NCBI GenBank assembly: GCA_037917675.1 | Contig: JAVCBW010000037.1 | Location: 1 to 58,172 of the forward strand | Length of the DNA stretch: 58,172 bases | Reading direction: 5' to 3' | Source: Thermoproteota archaeon | GTDB lineage: Archaea > Korarchaeota > Korarchaeia > B14-G2 | Part shown: positions 9,564 through 18,941 of the stretch, one piece after another | Position numbering within the stretch: the stretch's first letter is position 1 | Layout: each line of letters starts with the position of its first letter | Notes under the pieces: generated by a model | Database searches by the model: none | Seen by the model: the letters and a program-made list of their open reading frames with translations, nothing else | What the model was told of the DNA's origin: nothing | Program-made: the position numbers and the translations under genes

Positions 9564-10181
9564 TCACCCTTGAGCTAGGAGCCACCTTCCTCTGCCAGCT
9601 TGCCTCTCTCCCTCCCACTTGGCTTCCCTCTTGAACTCTAGTATGCTTAGTGCAAGGTATGCTGCTGTCTCTGTGGTCTCAGCCTCCCTAGCTACAGCAG
9701 CAAGCTCCTCAAGCTGAACTTCTCCTCCGCTCCTCTTAGCTAAGATCTCTTCAACTACCCTGGGGGCCTCCTCAGCTGCTCTGCAGTACTCTAGGAGGAG
9801 ACTTGGGATGCTAGATCCCTCGAGAAGCTCTAGCACAAGCCTGCCGCTAGCATAGAAGTTCACAGGCATCTCCATCGCACGCTTAGCAGCCTGAGAGCTG
9901 GGTGAGAGCCTAGTGAATAGCCCGGAGGCGAAGAAGTCTTCCTCTAGGCTAGAGTATCTGAAGTCTAAGACGTTGAAAGCCTCCCCTTTCTCTCTGTCAT
10001 ATATCGTCCAGAAGCCGGGTGAGCCGAATATCAGGTCTCCGTCACAGGCCTCCTCGAGGCCTCTAGCAGGCACAACCCTATGCTCCCTGCTGGTAGAGAG
10101 CTCTACTTCAGGCCAAGCTCCCTTAGTGACCCACTTAACCTCCCCAGTGACACAGAGGAGGAGCACAAGCATTGTGGCCAT
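9564..10181 (-). CDS. Hypothetical protein, possible C-terminal winged helix
   Basis: 205 aa ORF with host-like codon use and a TATA-like element upstream. No family recognised. Confidence 0.55.
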   Translation of the reverse strand: MATMLVLLLCVTGEVKWVTKGAWPEVELSTSREHRVVPARGLEEACDGDLIFGSPGFWTIYDREKGEAFNVLDFRYSSLEEDFFASGLFTRLSPSSQAAKRAMEMPVNFYASGRLVLELLEGSSIPSLLLEYCRAAEEAPRVVEEILAKRSGGEVQLEELAAVAREAETTETAAYLALSILEFKREAKWEGERQAGRGRWLLAQG

Positions 10182-10256
10182 GCCTCCCTCAGGTGGGAGA
10201 CTTTAAAAGCAGTGCAGCTGCTGCCATGCCTCTAGATGTGCAGGGCCCTCAGCTTG

Positions 10257-11345
10257 CTATCTCGTCACCTCATATCTGCTTATCTCCTCGTATAGCTGCC
10301 TTGCTCTCCTGTTCTTCTCGAAGTGCTCTCTTATAGGCTTTATGAGCTGGTCTATGTACCTTGCGACAGCGTTCTTGAGGTCTAGTGGATGCAGCTTCCC
10401 CTCCACATAGTCTCTTTCAAGCTGGCTATAGCTGCTGTACTCTATGTCGCCACCATACCTGCTTTCTCTCTCTACTAGCATGCTTGAGAAGGCTCTGAAG
10501 ACTATGTGCTTCACGTAGTCTAGTATCGGGTTCCACTCTGCTTGCCTTGGTGGGCAGTATGCTCTCCTCAGCTTCTCAGCTATCAGCTCAGGTGGGTCGT
10601 GGACGTATATGCATGTCTGAGGCTTGCTCTTGCTCATCTTTGAGCTTATGGCTATGTCTATCTTCAAGTCGTCATCGTAGCCCTCAGGGCTCTTAGCTCC
10701 CTCTAGCCCGAGAAGCATGTGGTGGCTTACCACGATAGGCTTCCATAAGCCTATCTTCGGCCCGATCTCACGTGCGAGCATGTTCACCCTACGCTGGTCT
10801 AGGCCTAGCTGAGTCATATCGCAGCCAAGCTGAAATATGTCAGCACACTGCATCATCGGATAGAGGAGCTGAGCTGTCTCATTCATCTCCCCCTCCTTCC
10901 TCCCCATTATCGTAAGGCATCTGAATGCTCTCCTCAAAGTCGTGTGCTTTGCTATGAGAACAACCTTCCTCCAGTACTCGCTGCTGTCAACGAGCTCACT
11001 TGCCCAGATGAACTCCACCTTATCCACGTCTACTCCAGCTGCCTTCCAGACCTCAATGAAGTACTCTCCTACAAGCCTTATCTTCTCTAGGTCTCCTCCC
11101 ATCTTGTTGTTGATCCATGCATGCCAGTCTGCTAGCAGGATCTTGAACCTCACACCAGCCTTGAGCAGGTCTCTGAGCAGGAGAGGCCTATAGACTCCAA
11201 ATGGTAGGTGAGCTAGCCCAGATGGCTCGAAGCCATCATATGCGATAGGGTTAGGCTTCTCCTCAAGCAAGCTCACAAGCTCCTCTTCTGTAACTATCTC
11301 CTCGGCAATGCCTCTGATCAGCTTGAGCCTCTCCTCAACACGCAT
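10257..11345 (-). CDS. tyrS: Tyrosine--tRNA ligase (archaeal type)
   Basis: AYDGFEPSGLAH, YPMMQCADIF, LGLDQRRVNMLARE, KMSKS, LHPLDLKNAV. Confidence 0.95.
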   Translation of the reverse strand: MRVEERLKLIRGIAEEIVTEEELVSLLEEKPNPIAYDGFEPSGLAHLPFGVYRPLLLRDLLKAGVRFKILLADWHAWINNKMGGDLEKIRLVGEYFIEVWKAAGVDVDKVEFIWASELVDSSEYWRKVVLIAKHTTLRRAFRCLTIMGRKEGEMNETAQLLYPMMQCADIFQLGCDMTQLGLDQRRVNMLAREIGPKIGLWKPIVVSHHMLLGLEGAKSPEGYDDDLKIDIAISSKMSKSKPQTCIYVHDPPELIAEKLRRAYCPPRQAEWNPILDYVKHIVFRAFSSMLVERESRYGGDIEYSSYSQLERDYVEGKLHPLDLKNAVARYIDQLIKPIREHFEKNRRARQLYEEISRYEVTR

Positions 11346-11422
11346 ATGGAGCCCTCAAGCAAGCACCTAATAAACTTGGGCAAAAAATTTATCCTATCAA
11401 GCCTAGCCTAGGTGGTGTCAGC

Positions 11423-11821
11423 TTGAAGTATAGGATGATGGATCTGCTAGCATGCCCAATCGATAAGTCTTTCCCCCTGAAGCTCATCGTCTTAAAGGAG
11501 AGTGAAGGCAGCTCCCTTAAGCTACCTGAGAAGGTGCTATGTGAGCTATACTGTGGGCGCTTAGCTAGAGAAGTCAAGCCAGATGACACACCAGAGGCCC
11601 TAGGCTGCAGCAAGTGCATGAGCATAGAGGTAGAAGAGGGGGTGCTTCTCTGCAAGACATGTAGCAGATGGTATCCAGTCATGGAGGGGATCCCTAGGCT
11701 GCTCCCAGACCACCTGAGAGACAGAGAGGAAGACCTTGAGTTCCTTAGGAGATTCAGAGAGAGGCTGCCACGTGAAGTCATAGAGGAGGGGAGGCCACAC
11801 AACCTGAGAGCTGAAGGATGA
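11423..11821 (+). CDS. Trm112-family methyltransferase activator (long form with Cys-rich insert)
   Basis: MDLLACPIDK, EEGVLLCKTCSRWYPVMEGIPRLLP. Confidence 0.85.
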   Translation: MKYRMMDLLACPIDKSFPLKLIVLKESEGSSLKLPEKVLCELYCGRLAREVKPDDTPEALGCSKCMSIEVEEGVLLCKTCSRWYPVMEGIPRLLPDHLRDREEDLEFLRRFRERLPREVIEEGRPHNLRAEG

Positions 11822-11869
11822 CAGCCATAAGCTACCTAATGTGCTGTAGGCTACATGATGGTGTAGGCT

Positions 11870-12856
11870 ATGGGGCTTAAAGAAGACATGTGGAGGCTCC
11901 CAGAGAGCCTCATGGAGTCATATGCTCGTGCTCTAGGCCTCAGCCTAGAGGAGTATAGTGGGAGAGTGCTCTTCACAGGAGTAGGTGGCTCTGGAGCTGT
12001 AGGAAGCCTCCTAGCAGACTGGGGTGCTGCCTCAGGGAGGCTTGAAGCCTATACTTGGAGAGGCTTCAGCCTACCACCCTACATGAGAGACATGCTTGTC
12101 ATAGCAGTCAGCTATAGTGGCTGGACAGCTGAAACCCTGTCATCATTCAGGGAAGCCTTAAAGAGGGGCTTGAGGGTGCTAGCTGTGACGTCAGGTGGAC
12201 GCCTAGAGGAGCTAGCTAGGGAGGCTAAGACGCTAGTGATCAAGGTTCCTGGTGGAATGCAGCCTAGAGCAGCACTAGCTCACATGCTAGGAGCTCTGCT
12301 TGGCGCACTGGATTCCATGATGAAGCTGGATGCCAAGAGGGAGGTTGAGGAGGCCTCTAGGCTACTAGCTGAGCTCAGAGGAGAGTGGAGTAGAGAACTT
12401 GATAGAGCAGCTAGCCTAGCTCTCAAGGGAATACCTATAGTATATGGCTTCCTCTACATGAGGAGTGCTGCAGCTAGGATCAAGAGCCAGATCAATGAGA
12501 ACGCTAAGATGCCCTGCTTCTACAGTGAGCTACCTGAGCTAAGCCACAATGAGATAGAGGGCTTTAGGGGAGAATCCGCAAAGCTCTTCAAGATCTTCGC
12601 CATAAGAGACAGCCTTGCACCAAGAGAGTATGAGAGCTCCCTCCGGAGCCTACTTGAAACACTAGAGGAGCTTGGATTAGAGCACTATGTGATTGAAGCT
12701 AGAGGGCAACATCTCCTCACTAGGATCCTATCAGCAGTCTACTTCGGAGACCTCCTCTCACTCAGGCTAGCTGACGCAAGGAGAGTAGACCCAGAGCCAC
12801 TCTATAACATACCAGCATACAAGAGCAAGCTCAAAGCCCTCCTGGAGCACTCCTAG
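11870..12856 (+). CDS. Bifunctional phosphoglucose/phosphomannose isomerase
   Basis: SIS domain GVGGSG, SYSGWTAET, TSGG, QPRAA. C-terminal QINENAK and PELSHNEIEG. Confidence 0.92.
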   Translation: MGLKEDMWRLPESLMESYARALGLSLEEYSGRVLFTGVGGSGAVGSLLADWGAASGRLEAYTWRGFSLPPYMRDMLVIAVSYSGWTAETLSSFREALKRGLRVLAVTSGGRLEELAREAKTLVIKVPGGMQPRAALAHMLGALLGALDSMMKLDAKREVEEASRLLAELRGEWSRELDRAASLALKGIPIVYGFLYMRSAAARIKSQINENAKMPCFYSELPELSHNEIEGFRGESAKLFKIFAIRDSLAPREYESSLRSLLETLEELGLEHYVIEARGQHLLTRILSAVYFGDLLSLRLADARRVDPEPLYNIPAYKSKLKALLEHS

Positions 12857-12957
12857 GATCTCCACTAGAGCTTTGGCGTCTAGGAGCCACAGCATGCTGT
12901 AGATGGCTGCTGAAAGCCTGTCTACCCAGCTCAACTCTAAGGCTGCCCTATAGGCAT

Positions 12958-13932
12958 CTATCGCTTGGTATGTGGTGTCCTCTCCTCACCTGGGAGCTCT
13001 TCTAGGAGCTCTCTGCAGGCCTTTCTCACAGCCTCCTTGCTGCTGAGCTTGGGCCTCCACCCTAGAGACTCTATCTTCTCTGTTGAGAGCAGCATGAGCT
13101 TAACGTCACCAGGCCATCCTCTGCCACCCATGACTCCACCTGTCAGCTCTATCCTGACATCACTCAGCTTCATCTCCTCTATAGTGATCCTAGCTATATC
13201 TAGGACATTAACCCAGTCTCTTGAGCCGATGTTATACACCTCAACTCCCTCACCTGAAGCCTCTGCTGCAGCCAGCACAGCAGACACGCAGTCTGACACA
13301 TGGAGGTAAGACTTCCTTTGGGTTCCGTCTCCAAGGACCTCTAGCCTCCTTGGGTCTCTCTTAAGCTTCATTATGAAGTCGTATATGACACCATGTCTAC
13401 TCCTAGCTCCAACAACGTTAGCTATCCTGAGTATGACAGCCCTGAACCCATAGTAGTGGCTGTAAGCTGATATCATGGCCTCACATGCGAGCTTAGAGGC
13501 TCCATACGAGGATATAGGCTTCAGGGGCCCATATGACTCTGGTGTAGGTATCTGAGACGGCTCACCATATACTGTCGAGCTGCTAGCAAACACAAGGAGC
13601 TCAATCCTCTGCCTCCTAGCCTCCTCTAGGAGCTCCCTCGTAGCAAGCACATTCTGCTCAAAGTCTAGCTGAGGGTTCTGATATCCATATCTGACTTCAG
13701 GGTTGGCGGCAAAGTGGTAGACAGCCCTACAGCCTTCTAAGGCCTCTCTCACATCACGAGGATTGAGGAGGTCTCCAGTATAGAGCTCAAAGGAGCCCTC
13801 TGGAAGCCCTCTCAGGTTCTCAACGCTTCCAGTTGAGAGGTTGTCTAGGATCCTGACAGCATGCCCCCTCTTGACGAGCTCCTCAACTAGGTGGCTTCCT
13901 ATGAACCCTGCTCCACCAGTCACGAGGATCAT
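12958..13932 (-). CDS. NAD-dependent sugar epimerase/dehydratase (UDP-glucose 4-epimerase-like)
   Basis: TGGAGFIGSH, ASSSTVYG, YGASK, GWPGDV. Confidence 0.92.
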   Translation of the reverse strand: MILVTGGAGFIGSHLVEELVKRGHAVRILDNLSTGSVENLRGLPEGSFELYTGDLLNPRDVREALEGCRAVYHFAANPEVRYGYQNPQLDFEQNVLATRELLEEARRQRIELLVFASSSTVYGEPSQIPTPESYGPLKPISSYGASKLACEAMISAYSHYYGFRAVILRIANVVGARSRHGVIYDFIMKLKRDPRRLEVLGDGTQRKSYLHVSDCVSAVLAAAEASGEGVEVYNIGSRDWVNVLDIARITIEEMKLSDVRIELTGGVMGGRGWPGDVKLMLLSTEKIESLGWRPKLSSKEAVRKACRELLEELPGEERTPHTKR

Positions 13933-13957
13933 GCTTTACCCTCAACCAGCAGCTTCA

Positions 13958-14092
13958 CTACCCTATATGGAGCAAGCTGTAGCTTCCTAACCTATCTAAT
14001 AGCTGAGCAAGCCTCCCAGCGACCTTAGAGAAAACTCCATCCCTCAGGCATAGCTCAGCAACATAGCTCTTAACACGATCTGACACATCCAT
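13958..14092 (-). CDS. Possible 44-aa small protein upstream of the epimerase
   Basis: MDVSDRVKSYVAELCLRDGVFSKVAGRLAQLLDRLGSYSLLHIG*. TATA-like ttaaata about 30 nt upstream on the minus strand. Confidence 0.3.
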   Translation of the reverse strand: MDVSDRVKSYVAELCLRDGVFSKVAGRLAQLLDRLGSYSLLHIG

Positions 14093-14326
14093 TCTAGGTC
14101 AGCACACTCCTTAACCTAGGGTATTTAACGTTACCTCAGTATAGGCTGTAACTGTCTACAGCAAATTAGGCAGGCTGTAGCTGGGAGACAGCTTAGAGCA
14201 GGAAACATGCTACTAGGCTGCAGCTTAAGCTGCCTGACATCCTTTCCTAGGCTTGCATAGGAGGTTGTAGCTACTAGAGACCATAGCCTAAGCCTTGTCT
14301 ACTAGCCATCACACCTACTCTGGAAG

Positions 14327-14623
14327 CTACTCCTTGCTCTCGCTCTCCTCTTTGCCTTCCTTCTCAGCCTTCTCCTCCTCCATCTTCTTAAGCTCCTCTT
14401 CAAGCTCCTTCTCTATCTCCTCTATAGGCTTCGGGGGAGGTGTTGTAGCTAGGGTGTATCCTATCCACGCTAGTATCCCAAGTACGCCAGCTACAGCCAC
14501 AAACCCTGTCAGCTTGAGCATCAGCAGATACCACTTTGAAGCAAAGACAAGCCATCCATATATCAGGATCCCCCCTATGCCACCAACCATCAAGGCTGCT
14601 CCTATAAGCTGATCCCTGTTCAC
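14327..14623 (-). CDS. Conserved small archaeal membrane protein (2 TM plus acidic coiled tail)
   Basis: Two TM helices, WIGYTLATTPPPKPIEEIEKE motif, Glu/Lys-rich tail. Confidence 0.8.
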   Translation of the reverse strand: MNRDQLIGAALMVGGIGGILIYGWLVFASKWYLLMLKLTGFVAVAGVLGILAWIGYTLATTPPPKPIEEIEKELEEELKKMEEEKAEKEGKEESESKE

Positions 14624-14785
14624 AGCATCCCCCCCTCCCCACCTACATTGCTCTTATTAATCTTCACCTAGAAGCTCAGCTCTAGCAGTCTGCCAGCTAG
14701 CCTCCCTCTTCTCCTCTATGCCTATATGCCATAGCTACTGCAGCTTGATCCTAGCACAACTCATGGCATCGAGAAAAGGAGGTGC

Positions 14786-15604
14786 TTAGCTTAAGTCAGC
14801 CTCTAGCCTATCTTGGAAGCTACCTTTAACATCTCTCGCCACGAGCTCTGCGACCTTCTTGGCTGAGAGCAGCATACCTCCGAATATAGGGCCCATCCTG
14901 GGTGTTCCATGTAGTGCTGCCACAGCCATCCCAGCTGCATATAGCCCTGGAGCTACTCTCCCTGACTTCTCGACTACCATTTTCTCTCCGATGCTTGAGT
15001 AAGCTGACTTCTCTCCCTTAAGCTTGAGGTTTAGCTCAGGTATCTTCCTTGAGGCGACAGCTAACACCTCAGCTTCATGGCCTGTAGCATCTACTACAGC
15101 CTTACATGTCACCATGAGAGGGTCTACATGGAGCTCAGCCATCACGACAGCAGTCCACTGGATAGCGACGCCTGCTACTCTAAGGGGGTTTTCTCTGAAG
15201 ACCACGTCTTCCACTGTAACTCCATGGATTATCTTTGCCCCAGCATCTATGGCGCCTGCAGCTAGCTTAGCCATGAGCTCTGCTGCATCAACTGTGTACA
15301 GCCCCCTTAGGCTGCTGGGATAGCATCTGACCTTGAAGTCTTCTAGAACCTCCTTAGCCTCCTCCTCGACTACAACCTTGTGGAACAGCATGCCTCCCCC
15401 TCCTATGCCGCCGCCGAAGCTGAGTCTACGCTCGAATACCACAGTCTTAAGCCCGTCTTCAGCCAGGTACCTTGCGGCAGTCAGCCCTGAAGGGCCGGCG
15501 CCAACCACCACAACGTCAGTTGAGGATAGCTCAGCCCACTCCTTAGATGCCTCCTCAACTATGAGCCTTGTGATCTTAGCCTCTAAATCCTCATGCTCCA
15601 TCAT
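14786..15604 (-). CDS. thi4: Sulfide-dependent (His-type) thiazole synthase
   Basis: [22 protein letters not shown] at the Cys/His position, [14 protein letters not shown]. Confidence 0.93.
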   Translation of the reverse strand: MMEHEDLEAKITRLIVEEASKEWAELSSTDVVVVGAGPSGLTAARYLAEDGLKTVVFERRLSFGGGIGGGGMLFHKVVVEEEAKEVLEDFKVRCYPSSLRGLYTVDAAELMAKLAAGAIDAGAKIIHGVTVEDVVFRENPLRVAGVAIQWTAVVMAELHVDPLMVTCKAVVDATGHEAEVLAVASRKIPELNLKLKGEKSAYSSIGEKMVVEKSGRVAPGLYAAGMAVAALHGTPRMGPIFGGMLLSAKKVAELVARDVKGSFQDRLEADLS

Positions 15605-15892
15605 ATGCTACACCAGCTCAGGACACTTAGCTAGGATATTAAAAGCTGCCACCTCATGTGTTCAGTAAGCTCTCTACCACCAGTGAATACTAGCTTACGC
15701 TCTAGGCGCATGTGCCCCTCCTGAGGAGAGCAGCTGCCTACCTCTAGCTTATGTGCTGGAGCTTACTTGGATCAGATGCTGGAGGATAGTGAAGCACTAT
15801 GGCTATGCTATGAGGCCCTCTTTCGACTTCTCCTGCCATGTAGAGAGCTTAGCAGCTAGGTATGCGTCTAGGCTCAGGGAGGCATCTATGGG

Positions 15893-16105
15893 CTATATGT
15901 AGCCTAGCGCTCTCAGCCTCCTTTTTATTTCCTCTTCTTCCTCTGGTGTGTATGCTGGAGCCTCTTCTTCCTCCTCTAAGACCTCTCTTAGGATGAATTC
16001 TACTAGCTCTTCTACGCTCTTGAACTCTCCTTCGCTTTCCTCAACCCTCTTCTTTGCCTTCTCATAGAGGTCTCTTGATATCTGGACTGCTATCTTCTCA
16101 GGCAT
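15893..16105 (-). CDS. CopG/ribbon-helix-helix protein with C-terminal RLRALGY tail
   Basis: Beta strand IAVQIS, helix, FKSVEELVEFILRE, acidic linker, IKRRLRALGYI. Confidence 0.85.
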   Translation of the reverse strand: MPEKIAVQISRDLYEKAKKRVEESEGEFKSVEELVEFILREVLEEEEEAPAYTPEEEEEIKRRLRALGYI

Positions 16106-16123
16106 ATCTGGCTTGCTTGCTGT

Positions 16124-16164
16124 GCTTTATAAGTTTTGCCGCAAACTTAATTACATGTAATTAA
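16124..16164. promoter_or_regulatory. Back-to-back divergent promoters with a perfect 18-bp palindrome
   Basis: ttaattacatgtaattaa at 16147-16164 is its own reverse complement. BRE/TATA-like gcaaacttaatta (+) and gcaaaacttataaag (-). Confidence 0.7.
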
Positions 16165-16174
16165 TGGGGGGCTT

Positions 16175-16414
16175 ATGCCTGAGCCTGAGCCTAAGCAGAG
16201 GAGGAAGTACACTACAGTCTCCATACCAACTACACTCCATGCCAGGATCAAGAGGCTAATAGAGGGGACGGGGTTCAAGAGTGTGAGCGACTATGTGACC
16301 TATGTGCTTAGGGAGATTGTAGCAATGCATGAGGAGGAGAGGGCAAGCGAGTCCTTCACTGAAGAGGACTTAGAGGGCATCAAGAGGAGGCTTAAGGCCC
16401 TAGGCTACCTTTAG
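16175..16414 (+). CDS. CopG/ribbon-helix-helix protein with C-terminal RLKALGY tail
   Basis: YTTVSIP, GFKSVSDYVTYVLRE, IKRRLKALGYL. Paralogue of 15893-16105. Confidence 0.85.
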   Translation: MPEPEPKQRRKYTTVSIPTTLHARIKRLIEGTGFKSVSDYVTYVLREIVAMHEEERASESFTEEDLEGIKRRLKALGYL

Positions 16415-16422
16415 GTGGTAGC

Positions 16423-17571
16423 TTGGTTGCTAAGCCACATGGAGGTAGGCTTGTGAGCTGTGTTGTTAAGGGTAGGAGGAGGCTTAGGCTCCTAGAGGAG
16501 GCAGAGGAGCTACCTAGGGTTGAGCTGAGCCAGGAGAAGGCTGCTGAGGTAGAGAACATAGCTTACGGCGTATATAGCCCTCTTGAAGGCTTCATGGGCA
16601 GCGAGGAGCTTGAGTCGACGCTAGCTGACATGAGGCTTCCAAGCGATGTCCCCTGGACCATCCCAGTGCTGCTTGATGTAGATGAGAGCATAGTGAGTGA
16701 GCTGAGAGAGGGAGACTACATAGCCTTGTGCATAGGGGAGCCTATAGCCTTAATGATAGTTGAGGAGATATACAGGCATAGCAGGAGGGACATAGCTCTC
16801 AGAGTCTATGGAACCAGGAGCATGGAGCATCCTGGTGTAGCTAGAGCCATGGAGATGAGGGAGTTCCTGCTAGCTGGCAGGATAGAGCTCATCTCAGACC
16901 CACCTAACCCATTTGAGAAGTATACTCTGAGGCCAGCTGAGACCCGTGTGCTCTTCAGAGAGAGGGGGTGGAGGACTATAGCAGGCTTCCAGACAAGGAA
17001 CGCGCCGCACCTGGGGCATGAGTGGATCCAGAAGACTGCTCTGGCCTTTGTGGACGGGGTCTTCATAAACCCTGTGATAGGGAGGAAGAAAAAGGGGGAC
17101 TTCAAGGACGATGTCATCTTAGCAGCTTACTCGAAGCTTATAGAGCACTACTACAACCCTGATACCGTCGTGGTGAGTATCGTGAGGTATGAGATGAAGT
17201 ATGCTGGTCCAAGGGAGGCTGTGCACCACGCCATAATGAGGAAGAACTTCGGCTGCACCCACTTCATTGTTGGGAGAGACCACGCTGGTATAGCAGGCTT
17301 CTATAAGCCATATGAGGCACATGAGATGTTTAAGGAGTTCCCTGACCTCGGGATTACACCCCTTTTCTTCAGGGAGTTCTTTTACTGCAGGAAGTGCAGT
17401 GGTGTAGTGAATGAGAAGACTTGCCCTCACCCTGAGGAGGATAGGCTTAGGTTCAGTGGAACCGTGGTAAGAAAGCTTATAGAGGATGGGAGGAGGCCTC
17501 CTGAGTACGTGCTGAGGCCTGAGGTAGCTGACGTGATACTCTCATTTAAGGAGCCTTTTGTAGGTGGCTAG
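16423..17571 (+). CDS. sat: Sulfate adenylyltransferase (ATP sulfurylase)
   Basis: PHGG start, YSPLEGFM, FQTRNAPHLGH, GRDHAG, Zn site CRKC..CPH. Confidence 0.96.
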   Translation: MVAKPHGGRLVSCVVKGRRRLRLLEEAEELPRVELSQEKAAEVENIAYGVYSPLEGFMGSEELESTLADMRLPSDVPWTIPVLLDVDESIVSELREGDYIALCIGEPIALMIVEEIYRHSRRDIALRVYGTRSMEHPGVARAMEMREFLLAGRIELISDPPNPFEKYTLRPAETRVLFRERGWRTIAGFQTRNAPHLGHEWIQKTALAFVDGVFINPVIGRKKKGDFKDDVILAAYSKLIEHYYNPDTVVVSIVRYEMKYAGPREAVHHAIMRKNFGCTHFIVGRDHAGIAGFYKPYEAHEMFKEFPDLGITPLFFREFFYCRKCSGVVNEKTCPHPEEDRLRFSGTVVRKLIEDGRRPPEYVLRPEVADVILSFKEPFVGG

Positions 17572-18937
17572 CTTGAGGAGGCTTCTGCTAGCAGGCTTAG
17601 ACTCAGCTCCACTCAGGCTCATAGAGGAGCTCAGGGGAGAGCTGCCGAACATCTCTATGCTAGCTGAAGAGGGGCTATGTGGGCTGCTTAGGAGCACAGA
17701 TCCACCTATAACGATACCAGCTTGGGCTAGCATGCTGACTGGCAGAGACCCAGGTGAGCTAGGGCTATATGGGTTCAGGCATAGGAAGCCTGGAAGCTAC
17801 ACCGACTTCTACATAGCTAGCTCAAAGAGCATCAGGTACCCTTGGCTATGGGACTATGTCGGTGAGGCAGGTGGAAGAAGCCTCGTCATAGGGGTGCCAC
17901 CAAGCTACCCACCTAGGCCACTGAGGGGAGCTATGATATCATGCTTCATAACTCCATCAGGTAGGCCATACACCTACCCACCTGAGCTTAAGGAGGAGGT
18001 TGAGAAAGCTGCTGGAGGCAGATACATCTTTGACATAGAGTTCAGGATAGAGGACAGAGAGAAGGTGCTACATGACCTATATGAGATGACTGAGCTCCAC
18101 TTCAAGGTGCTCTCTCACCTCATGGAGAAGCCATGGGATCTTGTTGCCTTCGTTGAGATAGGCGTAGACAGAGTGCATCATGCCTTCTGGAAGTACTATG
18201 ATAAGAGCCACCCTAGACATGAGCCTGGAAGCAAGTATGAGCACGTCATCCCAGAGTACTATAGGTATGTTGACAGCTGGATAGGTAGGCTCCTAGAGAA
18301 GTCTAGGGATGCACTGGTCTGCATAGCATCAGACCATGGCGCCATGAGCATGAAGGGAGCCCTCTGCATAAACCAGTGGCTAGCTGAGCAAGGCTACCTG
18401 AAGCTGGAGGAGCAGCCTCCACCTAGGACACCTCTAGCCAAGGTGAAGGTAGACTGGAGCAAGACGAAGGCATGGGGGTGGGGAGGCTACTACGCTAGGG
18501 TATTCCTGAACCTTGAGGGCAGAGAGCCTAGTGGGGCAGTCCCTAGAGAGAGATATGAGGAGGCTAGAGAGGAGCTAGCTAAGGCACTAGAGGAGATGGA
18601 GGACCCTGACGGCAGGAGGATGTCTACCAAGGCCTATAGGCCAGAGGACCTGTATAGGGAAGTCAATGGAGACCCACCTGACCTAATAGTCTACTTAGAT
18701 GACCTCAGCTGGAGGTCAGCTGGGACACTAGGATACCCTACACCCTACCTGCCTGAGAACGACACTGGCCCAGATGATGCAGTACACTCTAAGCATGGTG
18801 TGTTCATGCTATATGATCCAGAGGACACAGTCTCTAGGAAGAGGTGTAGCATCCACATACTTGATGTGCTTCCTACACTCCTTGATGCAATGGGGCTTCA
18901 GGCCCCTAGGCTAGCTGGCAGAAGCCTCTTGAGGTGA
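17564..18937 (+). CDS. Alkaline-phosphatase superfamily protein (NPP/phosphodiesterase-like, COG3379 type)
   Basis: GLDSA, STDPPITIPAW (Thr nucleophile region), DRVHH, SDHG, DDAVH. No signal peptide. Confidence 0.88.
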   Translation: MASLRRLLLAGLDSAPLRLIEELRGELPNISMLAEEGLCGLLRSTDPPITIPAWASMLTGRDPGELGLYGFRHRKPGSYTDFYIASSKSIRYPWLWDYVGEAGGRSLVIGVPPSYPPRPLRGAMISCFITPSGRPYTYPPELKEEVEKAAGGRYIFDIEFRIEDREKVLHDLYEMTELHFKVLSHLMEKPWDLVAFVEIGVDRVHHAFWKYYDKSHPRHEPGSKYEHVIPEYYRYVDSWIGRLLEKSRDALVCIASDHGAMSMKGALCINQWLAEQGYLKLEEQPPPRTPLAKVKVDWSKTKAWGWGGYYARVFLNLEGREPSGAVPRERYEEAREELAKALEEMEDPDGRRMSTKAYRPEDLYREVNGDPPDLIVYLDDLSWRSAGTLGYPTPYLPENDTGPDDAVHSKHGVFMLYDPEDTVSRKRCSIHILDVLPTLLDAMGLQAPRLAGRSLLR

Positions 18938-18941
18938 CCTC

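Noticed and set aside
17557-17571. Sat ends in Gly-Gly like a ubiquitin-like sulfur carrier
   Set aside because: No beta-grasp domain. The ggtggc codons are explained by overlap with the RBS/start of the next gene.
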